Notes under the pieces: model-generated
What the model was told of the DNA's origin: nothing
Seen by the model: only the letters and a program-made list of their open reading frames with translations
Databases searched by the model: none
Made by a program: the position numbers and the translations under genes
Shown here: piece by piece, positions 38,259 to 48,038 of the stretch
Numbering within the stretch: the first letter of the stretch is position 1
How the letters are laid out: each line of letters starts with the position of its first letter
From: a bacterium
GTDB lineage: Bacteria > Patescibacteriota > Minisyncoccia > Phycocordibacterales > JBBTRF01
Length of the DNA: 64,000 nt
Reading direction: 5' to 3'
NCBI GenBank assembly: GCA_037130265.1
Contig: JBAXTI010000001.1
Coordinates: 171,086-235,085 of the forward strand

Positions 38259-38779
38259 TATTTTATGTGCTTATGAATAGCTGAAATAATCTCGTCGAGG
38301 ATACTGTCGACGGACTTACCCTCTGTGGTTACGATATGGTCCGCGTATCCTCGATAGAGAGGCTGTCTCTCATCCCAAATACTCTTAAGTCCGCGTTCGG
38401 ATAGGCCGAAGACCGCTTTCGGTGCGTTCTTTGATCTCGCATCGATAGTGTTGAAGGGGGTGTCCAGGAAAACGGTGAATGTCGATCGTGTTATCCACCC
38501 GATTGCGTCTTTGTGTAAGATAATGCTTCCCGCGGGAGAAATTACTGCTTTATTTGATGGAACTAGTTCTTTCAGAAAACCATATTCCATATCGCGGAAA
38601 TAATCTGGACCTTTTGAATTCATTACCTCGATAAGAGAGGCTCCTTCATGTTCTTCAACCATGAAATCAAGATCAAGGAAGTTATAGCTGAGTTTATCAG
38701 CGAGCGCTTTGCCAATAGTTGTTTTACCCGACCAAGGCATCCCAATGAGGGTGATTTTATTCAACTTAGAGTCATCCAT
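38258..38779 (-). CDS. aroK: shikimate kinase-like P-loop kinase
   Basis: P-loop GMPWSGKTT, LDLD, FRDMEYGFLKEL, VISPAGSII pattern of shikimate kinases. Confidence 0.55.
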   Translation of the reverse strand: MDDSKLNKITLIGMPWSGKTTIGKALADKLSYNFLDLDFMVEEHEGASLIEVMNSKGPDYFRDMEYGFLKELVPSNKAVISPAGSIILHKDAIGWITRSTFTVFLDTPFNTIDARSKNAPKAVFGLSERGLKSIWDERQPLYRGYADHIVTTEGKSVDSILDEIISAIHKHIK

Positions 38780-38877
38780 TCATAGAGTGTAGCTAAAGCA
38801 GGCCTAATTGACAACAAACACTGGTTTCGATTGAGTAACTAGCCTTTTCGCCTGTTTTTGCTAGTATGATTGAGCTT

Positions 38878-40797
38878 ATGGCCACCCCTCTCCAGCGGAT
38901 CCGCAATTTCAGTATTATCGCGCACATCGACCACGGTAAGTCGACGTTGGCTGATCGCATGCTCGAAATCACCCACACCATCGAGGCTCGCAAGATGCGC
39001 GACCAGGTACTCGATAGTATGGAGCTCGAAAAGGAGCGTGGCATCACGATCAAAATGCAGCCGGTCCGCATGGAGTACACCTACCAGGCACCAAAAGGAG
39101 CCGGCGGTACTCTGGATGCGCATATTATTGGGGAAGTGGAAACGCCGGCGGATACCAAGCCGGAAACCTACATTTTGAACCTTATCGATACCCCCGGCCA
39201 CGTGGACTTCTATTACGAGGTATCCCGCGCCCTAAAGGCCGTGGAAGGCTCAATTTTGCTCGTAGATGCCACTCAGGGGGTGCAGGCCCAGACATTGACC
39301 ACCCTCGGTATGGCGCGCGAATCTGGGCTCAAAATCATCCCTGTGGTGAGCAAGGTGGATTCACCATTGGCACGTGTTCCGGAGGTGAAAACTGAGCTCG
39401 CCAAGCTCCTAGGTTGCCACGAAAACGAAGTGCTCGAATGTTCCGGTCGCACTGGAGAGGGTGTCGAAAACCTGCTTCAGGAAGTGATCAGGCGCGTACC
39501 ACCACCGAAGGAAGAATTTCCAGCCGGCAAGATGGCGGATGGTAGCGGGCAGGTTGGGAAGGAGAGTTTTCGTGCGCTCATTTTTGATTTTCAATATTCA
39601 ACACACCGCGGTGTTATCGTGTACGTTCGTGTAACCGACGGTTCGATCTCGAAGAATAGCCAGCTGCTCTTCAATGCGGCCGACCAGAAATTCTTCGCGC
39701 TCGAGGTGGGCGTGTTTCAGCCGGGCGAGCTTGAGAAAGAGTCTATCGGTGCTGGAGAGATCGGCTACATCGTGACCGGCATCAAGCAGCCAGGTATCGC
39801 TTCGGTGGGAGATACAATCACACTCCAAAAGCACCCGTTGCCAGCACTCGCGGGATACATGTCGCCAAAGCCGGTGGTGTGGGCTTCGATCTATCCGGAA
39901 AGCCAGGACGAATTCGTCACTTTGCGCCAGGGCCTTGAGCGTCTCCGACTTTCCGACTCCTCATATACGTTCGAAGAAGAGGCGTCGGGCACGTTGGGGC
40001 GTGGTTTTCGTTGCGGTTTCCTTGGCATGTTGCACCTGGAGATCATCACCGAACGTCTGCGCCGAGAATTCCAGCTTCAGCTCGTGGTGACGACGCCAAG
40101 TATTACCTACGAAGTAACCGACAAGCAGGGCATGACCAAGATGTACTACTCGCCATCGCTTTTTCCCGACTACGGCTTCATCGAAAAAATCCGCGAGCCA
40201 TGGGTGACGATGAATCTCATCAGTCCGTCTGAATATGTTGGTCCAGTGATGCAGCTTTTGTATGATCATGAGGCGAATGTTTTGGCAACACACTCTTTTG
40301 GTGACAACCGAAACTCCGTGGATGTGGAAATGCCGCTGCGCGAGCTAATGCGCAACTTTTTTGATGAGGTGAAGAGTGTGTCTTCGGGCTTTGCATCGAT
40401 GTCGTACACGATTGGAGAATTGCGCGATGCTGATGTGGCACGTCTCGACCTTTTGGTGGCGGGGGAGATTGTTCCGGCGTTCACTCGCGTGGTGGCGAAG
40501 CGCCGCGTGGAGATCGAGGCGGAAAAAGCGGTGGAAAAGCTCCACGCGGCGCTTCCTCGACAGCAATTTGCGACCAAAATTCAGGGCCAGGCACTTGGCC
40601 GCATCATTTCTTCAAAAACTATCTCCGCTTTCCGAAAGGATGTGACAGGACATTTGTATGGTGGTGACGTGAGCCGAAAGAACAAGCTCCTCGACCAACA
40701 GAAAGAAGGCAAGAAACGCATGAAGGAACGTGGCGAGGGAAGCGGCGTGACTATTCCGCAGGATGTGTTTATTAAAATGATGAAGACGGGGGATTAG
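38878..40797 (+). CDS. lepA: translation elongation factor 4 (LepA)
   Basis: IRNFSIIAHIDHGKSTLADR G1 motif, DTPGHVDF. LepA length. Start at second ATG. Confidence 0.85.
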   Translation: MATPLQRIRNFSIIAHIDHGKSTLADRMLEITHTIEARKMRDQVLDSMELEKERGITIKMQPVRMEYTYQAPKGAGGTLDAHIIGEVETPADTKPETYILNLIDTPGHVDFYYEVSRALKAVEGSILLVDATQGVQAQTLTTLGMARESGLKIIPVVSKVDSPLARVPEVKTELAKLLGCHENEVLECSGRTGEGVENLLQEVIRRVPPPKEEFPAGKMADGSGQVGKESFRALIFDFQYSTHRGVIVYVRVTDGSISKNSQLLFNAADQKFFALEVGVFQPGELEKESIGAGEIGYIVTGIKQPGIASVGDTITLQKHPLPALAGYMSPKPVVWASIYPESQDEFVTLRQGLERLRLSDSSYTFEEEASGTLGRGFRCGFLGMLHLEIITERLRREFQLQLVVTTPSITYEVTDKQGMTKMYYSPSLFPDYGFIEKIREPWVTMNLISPSEYVGPVMQLLYDHEANVLATHSFGDNRNSVDVEMPLRELMRNFFDEVKSVSSGFASMSYTIGELRDADVARLDLLVAGEIVPAFTRVVAKRRVEIEAEKAVEKLHAALPRQQFATKIQGQALGRIISSKTISAFRKDVTGHLYGGDVSRKNKLLDQQKEGKKRMKERGEGSGVTIPQDVFIKMMKTGD

Positions 40798-40865
40798 TAG
40801 GAAGATGGCGCGGAATAGTGGCAAAAATTGCCGTTTTGTACTAGGATAAAGGAGTCCGCGGTTCT

Positions 40866-41057
40866 TTGTTTTCAATTCAACTCTCAACCCCCTTCTGTTA
40901 TATGCCTCGTGCCTCTGCTTCGCTCGGTGCGGTTGTCGAAAGGGAAAAGCGGGCCTCCATCTGGGCCTGGCCGATTCTCACAGTTGCCTTCATCGTCTTT
41001 GGTATCGCCAAACTGGTCATTGGTTTCATTGGCCTCTTCTACAGGACATCAAAGTGA
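40866..41057 (+). CDS. small hypothetical membrane protein (uncertain)
   Basis: Short ORF with one hydrophobic helix. No support beyond ORF. Confidence 0.2.
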   Translation: MFSIQLSTPFCYMPRASASLGAVVEREKRASIWAWPILTVAFIVFGIAKLVIGFIGLFYRTSK

Positions 41058-41298
41058 TGGTGGTATCAGGTCGTCCCTTCAATCCGTCGTCGGAAACAAA
41101 AAACAGGGACCTTCGAGGTACCTGTTTTCTTTTCCCCCGTTTTTATTTATACGAGTATTAGGCTCGGAGCGATGGGATGTACAGCAAGATCATGCTGATG
41201 ATGATGAGCGCGCAGAGCACGCCCCAGACGATTCCTACTTTTCTGCGGTGTTTTGGGTCGAATAGCATGGTATTTTTTGATATACTGCATCATATCAT

Positions 41299-41685
41299 AT
41301 GAGGGAATTTAGGCAAAAAAGACAGTTTCGAGAAATGGTGTATTCGAGGCCGGCCTTGCTCGTGTTGTTGGTGGTGCTGTTTCTCACCGCCCGCGCCGCC
41401 TACAATGTATATGGCAAAGAGACCGAGAGTCGTGATCGGGCGACGCGGGCGCGGACCGAGCTTCGCAATCTCCAGCAGCGCAAAATCGAGGTCGCTAAGG
41501 CGATTGAACAGCTCAATACAAAAGAAGGCATGGAGCGCGAGATTCGTAACAGTTTTCGAGTGGCCAAACCAGGCGAACATTTGGTAGTATTGGTGGACCC
41601 GCCAAAGAGCGAAGATGTGGTGGTACCGGATAGTCTTGTTTCTGGCTTGTGGAAGAAAGTGAAGGGTTTATTTGGGGCGGAATAG
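41299..41685 (+). CDS. septum formation initiator family protein (FtsB/DivIC-like)
   Basis: N-terminal TM followed by coiled-coil (LRNLQQRKIEVAKAIEQLNTKEGMEREIR). Size 128 aa. Confidence 0.45.
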   Translation: MREFRQKRQFREMVYSRPALLVLLVVLFLTARAAYNVYGKETESRDRATRARTELRNLQQRKIEVAKAIEQLNTKEGMEREIRNSFRVAKPGEHLVVLVDPPKSEDVVVPDSLVSGLWKKVKGLFGAE

Positions 41686-41692
41686 TGAATAT

Positions 41693-41763
41693 GCGGGTAT
41701 GGTTTAGTGGTAGAATGCGACCTTCCCAAGGTTGAGACCTGAGTTCGATTCTCAGTACCCGCA
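41693..41763 (+). tRNA. tRNA-Gly (anticodon CCC), CCA not encoded
   Basis: Acceptor GCGGGTA/TACCCGC 7/7, anticodon loop TTCCCAA, T-arm CTGAG-TTCGATT-CTCAG. Confidence 0.6.
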
Positions 41764-41771
41764 CAAACAAC

Positions 41772-41797
41772 AAACGCCCCGAAAGGGGCTTTGTTTG
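41772..41797 (+). terminator. intrinsic terminator after tRNA-Gly
   Basis: GCCCC-GAAA-GGGGC followed by TTTGTTTGT. Confidence 0.5.
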
Positions 41798-41973
41798 TGC
41801 GGGTAAGTAAGTGCCTTGAGGCACTTACGTCTGAGAATCGAAAGGCTTTTCCTTATCGAATGAGTGAAGCGAAATGAGATGGAAAAGCACCTGGCTACGT
41901 AGTAGCCGATTCTCAGTTGCCTTCACCGTTACAAAAGCGGTATACTTACCCTCACCAACTAACCACCACCAAA

Positions 41974-42207
41974 ATGAAAACCGTCACTATCTACTCAACA
42001 CCAACTTGTCACTACTGCACTCTCGCAAAAGACTTCATGAAGTCGAATGGTATCTCGTACACCGAGCACAACGTTGCTAGTGACCTCGCTAAGCGCAAGG
42101 AGATGGTAGATAAGAGTGGGCAGATGGGTGTGCCAGTGATCGATGTCGACGGCAGCATCATGGTGGGCTTCGATAAGTCAGCCCTCGCTAAGTCTCTTGG
42201 TATCTAA
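41974..42207 (+). CDS. glutaredoxin-like protein (NrdH-like)
   Basis: CHYC redox motif near the N-terminus of a roughly 78-aa thioredoxin-fold protein. ATG at 41974. Confidence 0.55.
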   Translation: MKTVTIYSTPTCHYCTLAKDFMKSNGISYTEHNVASDLAKRKEMVDKSGQMGVPVIDVDGSIMVGFDKSALAKSLGI

Positions 42208-43216
42208 ACACCGCAAACAGAATACGCAAACGTTTCGAGCTCTCTCGATCGCTACACTTTTGCTTGCCGGCACTGCTATTTTCCTTTTTGCAAGAACCTC
42301 TGTCGTGAAGGAGGTCTCTGTCGGTGTCGCCACGGGACGCTTTGTTCGTATTTCCGGAGTTGATTATGGCCAGGCTTCGGTGTTTTCTGTACCAAGCGTC
42401 GATTTGGTTGCCCTGCGGAAGCGATATCAGCTTGCCACCAGCCCTGGCGCAGAAAAGGTGAGAGTTCTGATTGTACCCGGCCACGAACCTGGTTTTGGCG
42501 GAGCAGAATACAAAGATCTCAAGGAGCGCGAGATGAATATCGAGCTTGCCAACAAACTCCAGGCACTTTTTCAAGCCGACACGCATTACGAAGTGTCCGT
42601 TGCACGCAGCGGCAGTGATTGGTTACCATCGTTGAAAGAATTTTTCGTCACCAAATGGGACGATATTGTCGTATTCCAGACGGCAAAGCGAAAGGAGATG
42701 AAGAGTCTGTTGGTGGCAGGCAGTGCGACTAAAGTGTCTAGTGCGCCACACTCAAACGCACTCGCCGCCGTGGCGACCCGACTCTATGGGATCAACAAAT
42801 GGGCCAATGACCACAAGATCGACATCGCAATCCACGTACACTTCAATGAATATCCGCGCACAAATGCCACCAAGCCAGGCATTTACAACGGCTTTGCCAT
42901 ATATGTTCCCGAAGCACAATTTTCCAACGCTCCAGCGGCCAAGGAGGTGGCGCAGCGAGTCTTCCGCAGACTATCAAGTGTGGCGCGCCAAAGCAATTAT
43001 CCTTATGAAGCTGATGGGGTAGTGGAAGATCAGGCACTGATTGCGGTCGGGGCAAATAATTCTGTCGACGCCGCCAGTATGCTTATCGAGTACGGCTATA
43101 TCTATGAGCCACAATTCGCCACGGAGGCGAAAAGGCAGCCGGTCTTCACCGACTATGCCGCTACCACCTACGCCGGCGTCAAAGATTTCTTCGAAGGGGT
43201 TTCCGTGGTACAGTGA
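42143..43216 (+). CDS. N-acetylmuramoyl-L-alanine amidase (Amidase_3 family); start uncertain
   Basis: LIVPGHEPGFGG ... EREMNIELANKL ... IHVHFN ... IEYGYI pattern of Amidase_3. No ATG near the N-terminus, so the true start is probably TTG/GTG after 42207. Confidence 0.55.
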   Translation: MSTAASWWASISQPSLSLLVSKHRKQNTQTFRALSIATLLLAGTAIFLFARTSVVKEVSVGVATGRFVRISGVDYGQASVFSVPSVDLVALRKRYQLATSPGAEKVRVLIVPGHEPGFGGAEYKDLKEREMNIELANKLQALFQADTHYEVSVARSGSDWLPSLKEFFVTKWDDIVVFQTAKRKEMKSLLVAGSATKVSSAPHSNALAAVATRLYGINKWANDHKIDIAIHVHFNEYPRTNATKPGIYNGFAIYVPEAQFSNAPAAKEVAQRVFRRLSSVARQSNYPYEADGVVEDQALIAVGANNSVDAASMLIEYGYIYEPQFATEAKRQPVFTDYAATTYAGVKDFFEGVSVVQ

Positions 43217-43260
43217 TTTTGCTCAATATCCTTGAGCTTCGCCCTGTCTCGCGCTGTATC

Positions 43261-43335
43261 GCCCCTGTAGTTCAATGGATAGAATGGCTCACTCCTAACG
43301 AGCTGATCCAGGTTCGATTCCTGGCAAGGGCACCA
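43261..43335 (+). tRNA. tRNA-Arg (anticodon CCT), CCA encoded
   Basis: Acceptor GCCCCTG/CAAGGGC (one mismatch), anticodon loop CTCCTAA, T-arm CCAGG-TTCGATT-CCTGG. Confidence 0.5.
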
Positions 43336-43414
43336 GAAACTCTTTGACTTTTCCTTTTCGTGCAGTAATACCATACTATTTGACATATATATCTAATAAA
43401 TATATGATATATAC

Positions 43415-43690
43415 ATGACTACGCAGGTAATATTCAATATTGACAAAAACCTGAAAGATCGGGCCATGAAGAAGGCCCGAAGCGAGGGTTTGCCTTTTGG
43501 AGTTGTGCTCAAGCTTGCCACCAAAGCCTTCGTTGACGGCACTCTTGGAGTTAATCTCGTTCCGAGCAAGTCTGTTAATGTTCGTGCGGAGAAATCTATC
43601 AACAAGGTGCTCAAGGATGTTAAGGAGGGTAAAAATCTTTCTCCCCGTTTCACCACGGCTAAAGAGGCTATCACCTATCTCAAAGACTAG
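43415..43690 (+). CDS. type II antitoxin, DinJ/RelB family
   Basis: 91 aa. N-terminal beta-strand/RHH-like VIFNIDKNLKDRAMKKARSEGLPFGVVLKLATKAF resembles DinJ. Confidence 0.5.
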   Translation: MTTQVIFNIDKNLKDRAMKKARSEGLPFGVVLKLATKAFVDGTLGVNLVPSKSVNVRAEKSINKVLKDVKEGKNLSPRFTTAKEAITYLKD

Positions 43691-43695
43691 ACTTC

Positions 43696-43951
43696 ATGGA
43701 GATTGTTTTTCACAGACAATTTAAGAAGAAGTTGAAGAAACTTCCATCAAAAGTGCGGCATCAGTTCTATAAACGTCTCGAGCTTTTTATAGAAGACCAG
43801 AACAACCCCGTGCTCAATAATCATTCAGTGGACAGTGTTTTTTGCTGATTGTGTAAGCATTAATGTGACAGGGGATTACCGCGCGATCTTTAAAAAGGCA
43901 GAAGGGTTTGTCACTTTCATAATGATCGGCACTCATTCCGATTTGTACTAA
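43696..43951 (+). pseudogene. RelE/YafQ-family toxin interrupted by a frameshift in a T6 run
   Basis: Frame 1 gives MEIVFHRQFKKKLKKLP ... NNHSVDSVFC* and stops. The +1 frame continues ADCVSINVTGDYRAIFKKAEGFVTFIMIGTHSDLY*, matching the RelE/YafQ C-terminus (IGTHSDLY). Confidence 0.5.
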
Positions 43952-43990
43952 GGTGACGGCCGTGTCCTCGAACGAATTTGCTCGGCCGTC

Positions 43991-44314
43991 TTGGTTTTGA
44001 CTTGGTTTTTGCCCGTTTTTCGCATTTCTGCTATACTCTTTTGCATGAGTCCGGAGGATCGAAAATTGCTTGAAAAGACGTATGATCTCGCCAAAGAGAA
44101 TCATGAAATGCTCACTTCGATGCGCCGGTCTCAGCTCATTGGCCGATTTGCCAAGATTGCATACTGGGTTCTGATCATCGCGCTCAGCTCCTTCGCTTTG
44201 CAGGCTATTCAGCCGTATTATGAGCAGCTGCAAGGCATTGCTGGTACTGCAAAAAACCTCACTGGCGGGGCAACATCGAATTACAGCTCGCTGATCAAGG
44301 ATCTCACGAATTAA
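43991..44314 (+). CDS. small hypothetical protein
   Basis: ORF only. Probable start at internal ATG (MSPEDRK). Confidence 0.3.
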   Translation: MVLTWFLPVFRISAILFCMSPEDRKLLEKTYDLAKENHEMLTSMRRSQLIGRFAKIAYWVLIIALSSFALQAIQPYYEQLQGIAGTAKNLTGGATSNYSSLIKDLTN

Positions 44315-44339
44315 CATTTCGCGCGCGGGCGCACACCAT

Positions 44340-44415
44340 GCTTGGGTAGCTCAGTTGGTAGAGCATTCCCCTGAAGAGGGAAGGGTCACCAGTTCAAATC
44401 TGGTCCCAAGCACCA
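44340..44415 (+). tRNA. tRNA-Phe (anticodon GAA), CCA encoded
   Basis: Canonical cloverleaf: GCTTGGG/CCCAAGC, D-arm GCTC-AGTTGGTA-GAGC, anticodon loop CTGAAGA, T-arm ACCAG-TTCAAAT-CTGGT. Confidence 0.75.
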
Positions 44416-44432
44416 CGAAGTGTCTAAAAAGC

Positions 44433-44464
44433 AAAAAGCGCGACCCTCAGGTCGCGCTTTTTGC
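44433..44464. terminator. bidirectional intrinsic terminator
   Basis: AAAAAGCGCGACC-ctca-GGTCGCGCTTTTT between tRNA-Phe (+) and hsp20 (-). Confidence 0.55.
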
Positions 44465-44472
44465 TTTTGTTT

Positions 44473-44961
44473 TTAATTCCCCGACTTCACCTTCAGCTTC
44501 GTCTGTCGAGACTTGTCGATCTTCGGGAGTCGGATGGTGAGTAATCCGAGCTTCTCGCCGGCTTCGGCACCCTCTACATCGATCTCCTGTGGGAGCAAAA
44601 TGGTTCGAGAGAAAGAACCCCAATATAATTCACGGAAAAAGTAGTCGTCTTCAGCAATCTCACGGCTCGCGTCGCGCTTGCCCTTGATTGTCACCATGTC
44701 GCGGGTGATAGAGATATCGAGATCGTCCACCTTGGTGCCCGGAATAAGGGTCTTGATGAAGATATCGGTAGGGGTCTGGTACACATCCACGGGAAGCTGA
44801 CCTTCAGCATTCTCTTCTGCCCATTCGTCGCTTTTGGTGGCACCTGAACGGCCCTCAGAGCCATGGGTAGTCACTTTGCGAGGGGTTGCTGGCTCGAGAT
44901 CGTCCTCAACGTGTACGGCGCCGGTGAGTTTCTCAAAAAATGATCGCTTTTCTTTTGCCAT
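44473..44961 (-). CDS. Hsp20/alpha-crystallin family small heat-shock protein
   Basis: Alpha-crystallin domain pattern (...ITRDMVTIKGKR ... GSFSRTILLPQEIDVEGAEAGEKLGLLTIRLPK). Confidence 0.75.
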   Translation of the reverse strand: MAKEKRSFFEKLTGAVHVEDDLEPATPRKVTTHGSEGRSGATKSDEWAEENAEGQLPVDVYQTPTDIFIKTLIPGTKVDDLDISITRDMVTIKGKRDASREIAEDDYFFRELYWGSFSRTILLPQEIDVEGAEAGEKLGLLTIRLPKIDKSRQTKLKVKSGN

Positions 44962-45017
44962 GGGATTAATATTTGAATTGATTATTGAAAATGTTTTTTC
45001 GATGTGTCCGGCAAGTG

Positions 45018-45707
45018 CTACTCTGTCGGCTCAACACGCTTCACTTTCTCAAAAAAGAGCGCCAAGACGATGACCGACATCCACACTCCGAAGAATACTC
45101 CGAACGCGCCCATTCCTGTAGTGTTCATTATAAGGAGATTGAAGGTTGAATGCAACGCAGTAGCGATGAGGATTCCTGCGACGAGATGAAGCATTTTGCT
45201 CGACCAACTTTTGTAGAAAGCCAAACCGAGGCTAATACCCACTGCAGACGAACAGACGAGGTGCACGAGCGTGGCACCGACGAAACGGAGGTTTGAGGTC
45301 ACGAAGCCTGTGTATAAGTCGCCGATCATGGCAGGTTTGATGATGAAAAGCACATTTTCTAGTGCAGCAAAGCCAAGAGCGGCAGTGAGCATAAACATCA
45401 CCGGGTCGATCGGTTCGTTGTTGGCCTTTTTGGTCATCGCTGTGTAGTAGCCGGCGAGGAATTTTAGCGTTTCCTCAATGAGGGCCCAGAGGATGATCAC
45501 TGTCGCGGCATCCGCCACCGTGCTTTTGACAAAACTTTGGAGGGGTATTACGAGTGGCACGGCAATCATGCCACCGATAAAGGCAGTGAGGATGAGTCGG
45601 CGAGGTTCAGGATGAGCGTCTTCTTTTAACCAAAGCTTCAGCCAAATGAGCGGGGGAAGGATGCCTGCAAGAAGGGTCAAAAAAAGATGGAGCGGCGGCA
45701 GATTCAT
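45018..45707 (-). CDS. PrsW-family intramembrane protease-like membrane protein
   Basis: Multi-TM with EETLKF, FAALENVLF, HLV ... H..FN motifs resembling PrsW. Confidence 0.5.
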   Translation of the reverse strand: MNLPPLHLFLTLLAGILPPLIWLKLWLKEDAHPEPRRLILTAFIGGMIAVPLVIPLQSFVKSTVADAATVIILWALIEETLKFLAGYYTAMTKKANNEPIDPVMFMLTAALGFAALENVLFIIKPAMIGDLYTGFVTSNLRFVGATLVHLVCSSAVGISLGLAFYKSWSSKMLHLVAGILIATALHSTFNLLIMNTTGMGAFGVFFGVWMSVIVLALFFEKVKRVEPTE

Positions 45708-45758
45708 GCCACAATTATATCACCCGTCGTCGCACTGCCTTTGTGGACGGAGCGGCAG

Positions 45759-47972
45759 CTATGCAGTCGGCCACTTTTCTACCATCAAGAGTGTTTGTTC
45801 GCCGGCAGTTTTTGGCAACAGCGACCAAATCTCTTCGGTGACAAACGGAATGAAGGGGTGCATTGCCTTTAGAATCGTGCGGTGGGTGTGAAGTAGAAAT
45901 TGCGCGCGTGAGGTTTTGTCGGCCGATGGGGCGACGGTCGGCACTGCATTGGGCGCAGCCGATCCAAGAATCGCCTTGCTGTCTTCTAGGATGATATCGG
46001 CGAAGCGATGCCAGATGTAGTGATACAGCTTTTCGGCGACGAGGTAGAACTTGTTTTCATCCATTTCCTTGGTAATCTCGGCAACAAGCGTGTCTCGTTC
46101 GGCGACCAGTGCCTTGTCGGCTTCAGACCAGGCGGTGAAAGTGGGGTCATAGGCAAAAGCCGTGGTACCACCAGCGCCAGAGGTGCTCTCGAGCACGAAT
46201 CGGCTGATATTCCAGAGCTTGTTTGCAAAGTTTTTGTACCCACGGATTTTGTCTTCGGAGAGGGCGAGATTGGTACCCGGCGTGTTGCCGACGATGAGTC
46301 CGATACGCAAAGCGTCGGTGCCGTACTTGACGATGAGGTCTGTTGGATTGACCACATTGCCCTTGCTCTTGCTCATCTTCTTGCCTTGAGCGTCGTTCAC
46401 GAGGCCGTGGAGGTATACGGTATGGAATGGAGCCTTGCCGGTGAGATAGAGGCCGAAGATCACCATGCGAGGGATCCATTTGAAGATGAGGTCGGAGCCG
46501 GTCTCCATGATGTCTGTTGGGTAGAAGGATTTACAATCGCCACGCGCGCTGCCGTCTTTAGAGCTATTGTAGCCGAGCGAAAGGAGTGGCCACTGGCCCG
46601 ATGAGAACCAGGTGTCGAAGGTGTCAGTGTCGGCGCGGAGAGCCGTTGCCGATTTGCATGTAGGGCAGGTGGTGAGTGTACCTTCGAGGTCAGGTGCAGC
46701 GAAACCGCAGGCGTCACAAATCTTGGCCGGGATTGGGATACCCCAGACGATCTGTCGGGAAATGTTCCAATCGAGCGTGTTGTTCATCCAGTAGAGGAAA
46801 ATCTTGCGGTAATTGTCGGGCTGGAAGACTACTTCTCCGGCCTCCACGGATTTGATTGCTTTCTCAGCGAGCGGCTGCATCTTCACAAACCATTGTGGAA
46901 GAATCTGCGGCTCGATCGCGGTCTCGCATTTGTAACAGACAGGGACATTGTGCACGTATTTCTCGTCGACTTTCACGAGCAGCCCCTTTGCCTTGAGTTT
47001 TTCGACAATTTTTGGACGTGCCTCAGCGATTTTCAATCCTGCAAATTCGCCAGCGATTGGGAGAAGCTTGCCGCGCATGTCGATGACTTGCTCGCGATCC
47101 AGTTTGTGACGCTCTGCAATACCAAAGTCCACCGCATCGTGCCATGGAGTGATGGTCATCACTCCAGTACCGAATTCCATGTCGATCGCTTCGTCTTTGA
47201 TGATGGTCGCAGTGATCGGACCATTGATCCATTCTGCCGTGAGCTGTTGACCATGCTTGTATTCCGCGTAACGTTTGTCGTCGGGGTGCATGACCACGTA
47301 TTTGTCGCCGAATTTTGTCTCGGGTCGAGCGGTGCTGATGGTGAAGGGGCCATATTTGAAATAGTAGAAAGGGTCAACCTTTTCCTTGCTCTCGGTCTCC
47401 ACGTCGGAAAGGGAGGTGGCATGCTTTGAACACCAATTTACAATACGTGAACCACGATATACGAGGCCATCGTCGTACATTTTTTTGAAGGTGCGATGTG
47501 TTTCTGCCACAACGTCAGGGTCGAGGGTGAACTTCTCACGAGACCAATCACATGAGGCGCCGAGCGCACGCACCTGGGCCTCCATGTTGCCTTTGTTTTC
47601 GAGGGTAAAGGCGAGGATCTCTTTGTAGAGGTCCTGAGGGTCCATTTTGAAACGGGATCGGCCTTCTTTCTCAAGCTTTTTTTCGTACACGATCTGTGTC
47701 TCAAATCCTGCGTGGTCGGCACCAGGTACCCAAAGGGTCTTGAAGCCTTGCATGCGCTTGTAGCGGATCATGATGTCCTCAAGGGCGATAGCGAGGGCGT
47801 GGCCGACGTGAAGATTGCCGTTGGCGTTTGGCGGCGGCATCACGATGGTGAAGGGCTTCTGGTGGCGGGTAGGGAGCTTGTCGGGATTAAAAAAACCGCT
47901 CTCTTGCCAGCGCGTGTAGATATTTGCCTCGGTATCCTGAGGAGAATACGGCTTCAGAAATTTGTCGTTCAT
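45759..47972 (-). CDS. valS: class I aminoacyl-tRNA synthetase, valyl-tRNA synthetase-like (short form)
   Basis: PPPNANGNLHVGHA (HIGH region, ValRS-like PPPN context) and KMSKSKGN. Confidence 0.55.
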   Translation of the reverse strand: MNDKFLKPYSPQDTEANIYTRWQESGFFNPDKLPTRHQKPFTIVMPPPNANGNLHVGHALAIALEDIMIRYKRMQGFKTLWVPGADHAGFETQIVYEKKLEKEGRSRFKMDPQDLYKEILAFTLENKGNMEAQVRALGASCDWSREKFTLDPDVVAETHRTFKKMYDDGLVYRGSRIVNWCSKHATSLSDVETESKEKVDPFYYFKYGPFTISTARPETKFGDKYVVMHPDDKRYAEYKHGQQLTAEWINGPITATIIKDEAIDMEFGTGVMTITPWHDAVDFGIAERHKLDREQVIDMRGKLLPIAGEFAGLKIAEARPKIVEKLKAKGLLVKVDEKYVHNVPVCYKCETAIEPQILPQWFVKMQPLAEKAIKSVEAGEVVFQPDNYRKIFLYWMNNTLDWNISRQIVWGIPIPAKICDACGFAAPDLEGTLTTCPTCKSATALRADTDTFDTWFSSGQWPLLSLGYNSSKDGSARGDCKSFYPTDIMETGSDLIFKWIPRMVIFGLYLTGKAPFHTVYLHGLVNDAQGKKMSKSKGNVVNPTDLIVKYGTDALRIGLIVGNTPGTNLALSEDKIRGYKNFANKLWNISRFVLESTSGAGGTTAFAYDPTFTAWSEADKALVAERDTLVAEITKEMDENKFYLVAEKLYHYIWHRFADIILEDSKAILGSAAPNAVPTVAPSADKTSRAQFLLHTHRTILKAMHPFIPFVTEEIWSLLPKTAGEQTLLMVEKWPTA

Positions 47973-48038
47973 GTTGATGTATCATAGCAAAAACGAGCGC
48001 TTTTTTCAAAAAATGGCCCGCTCACGAAGTTTTGCGAT

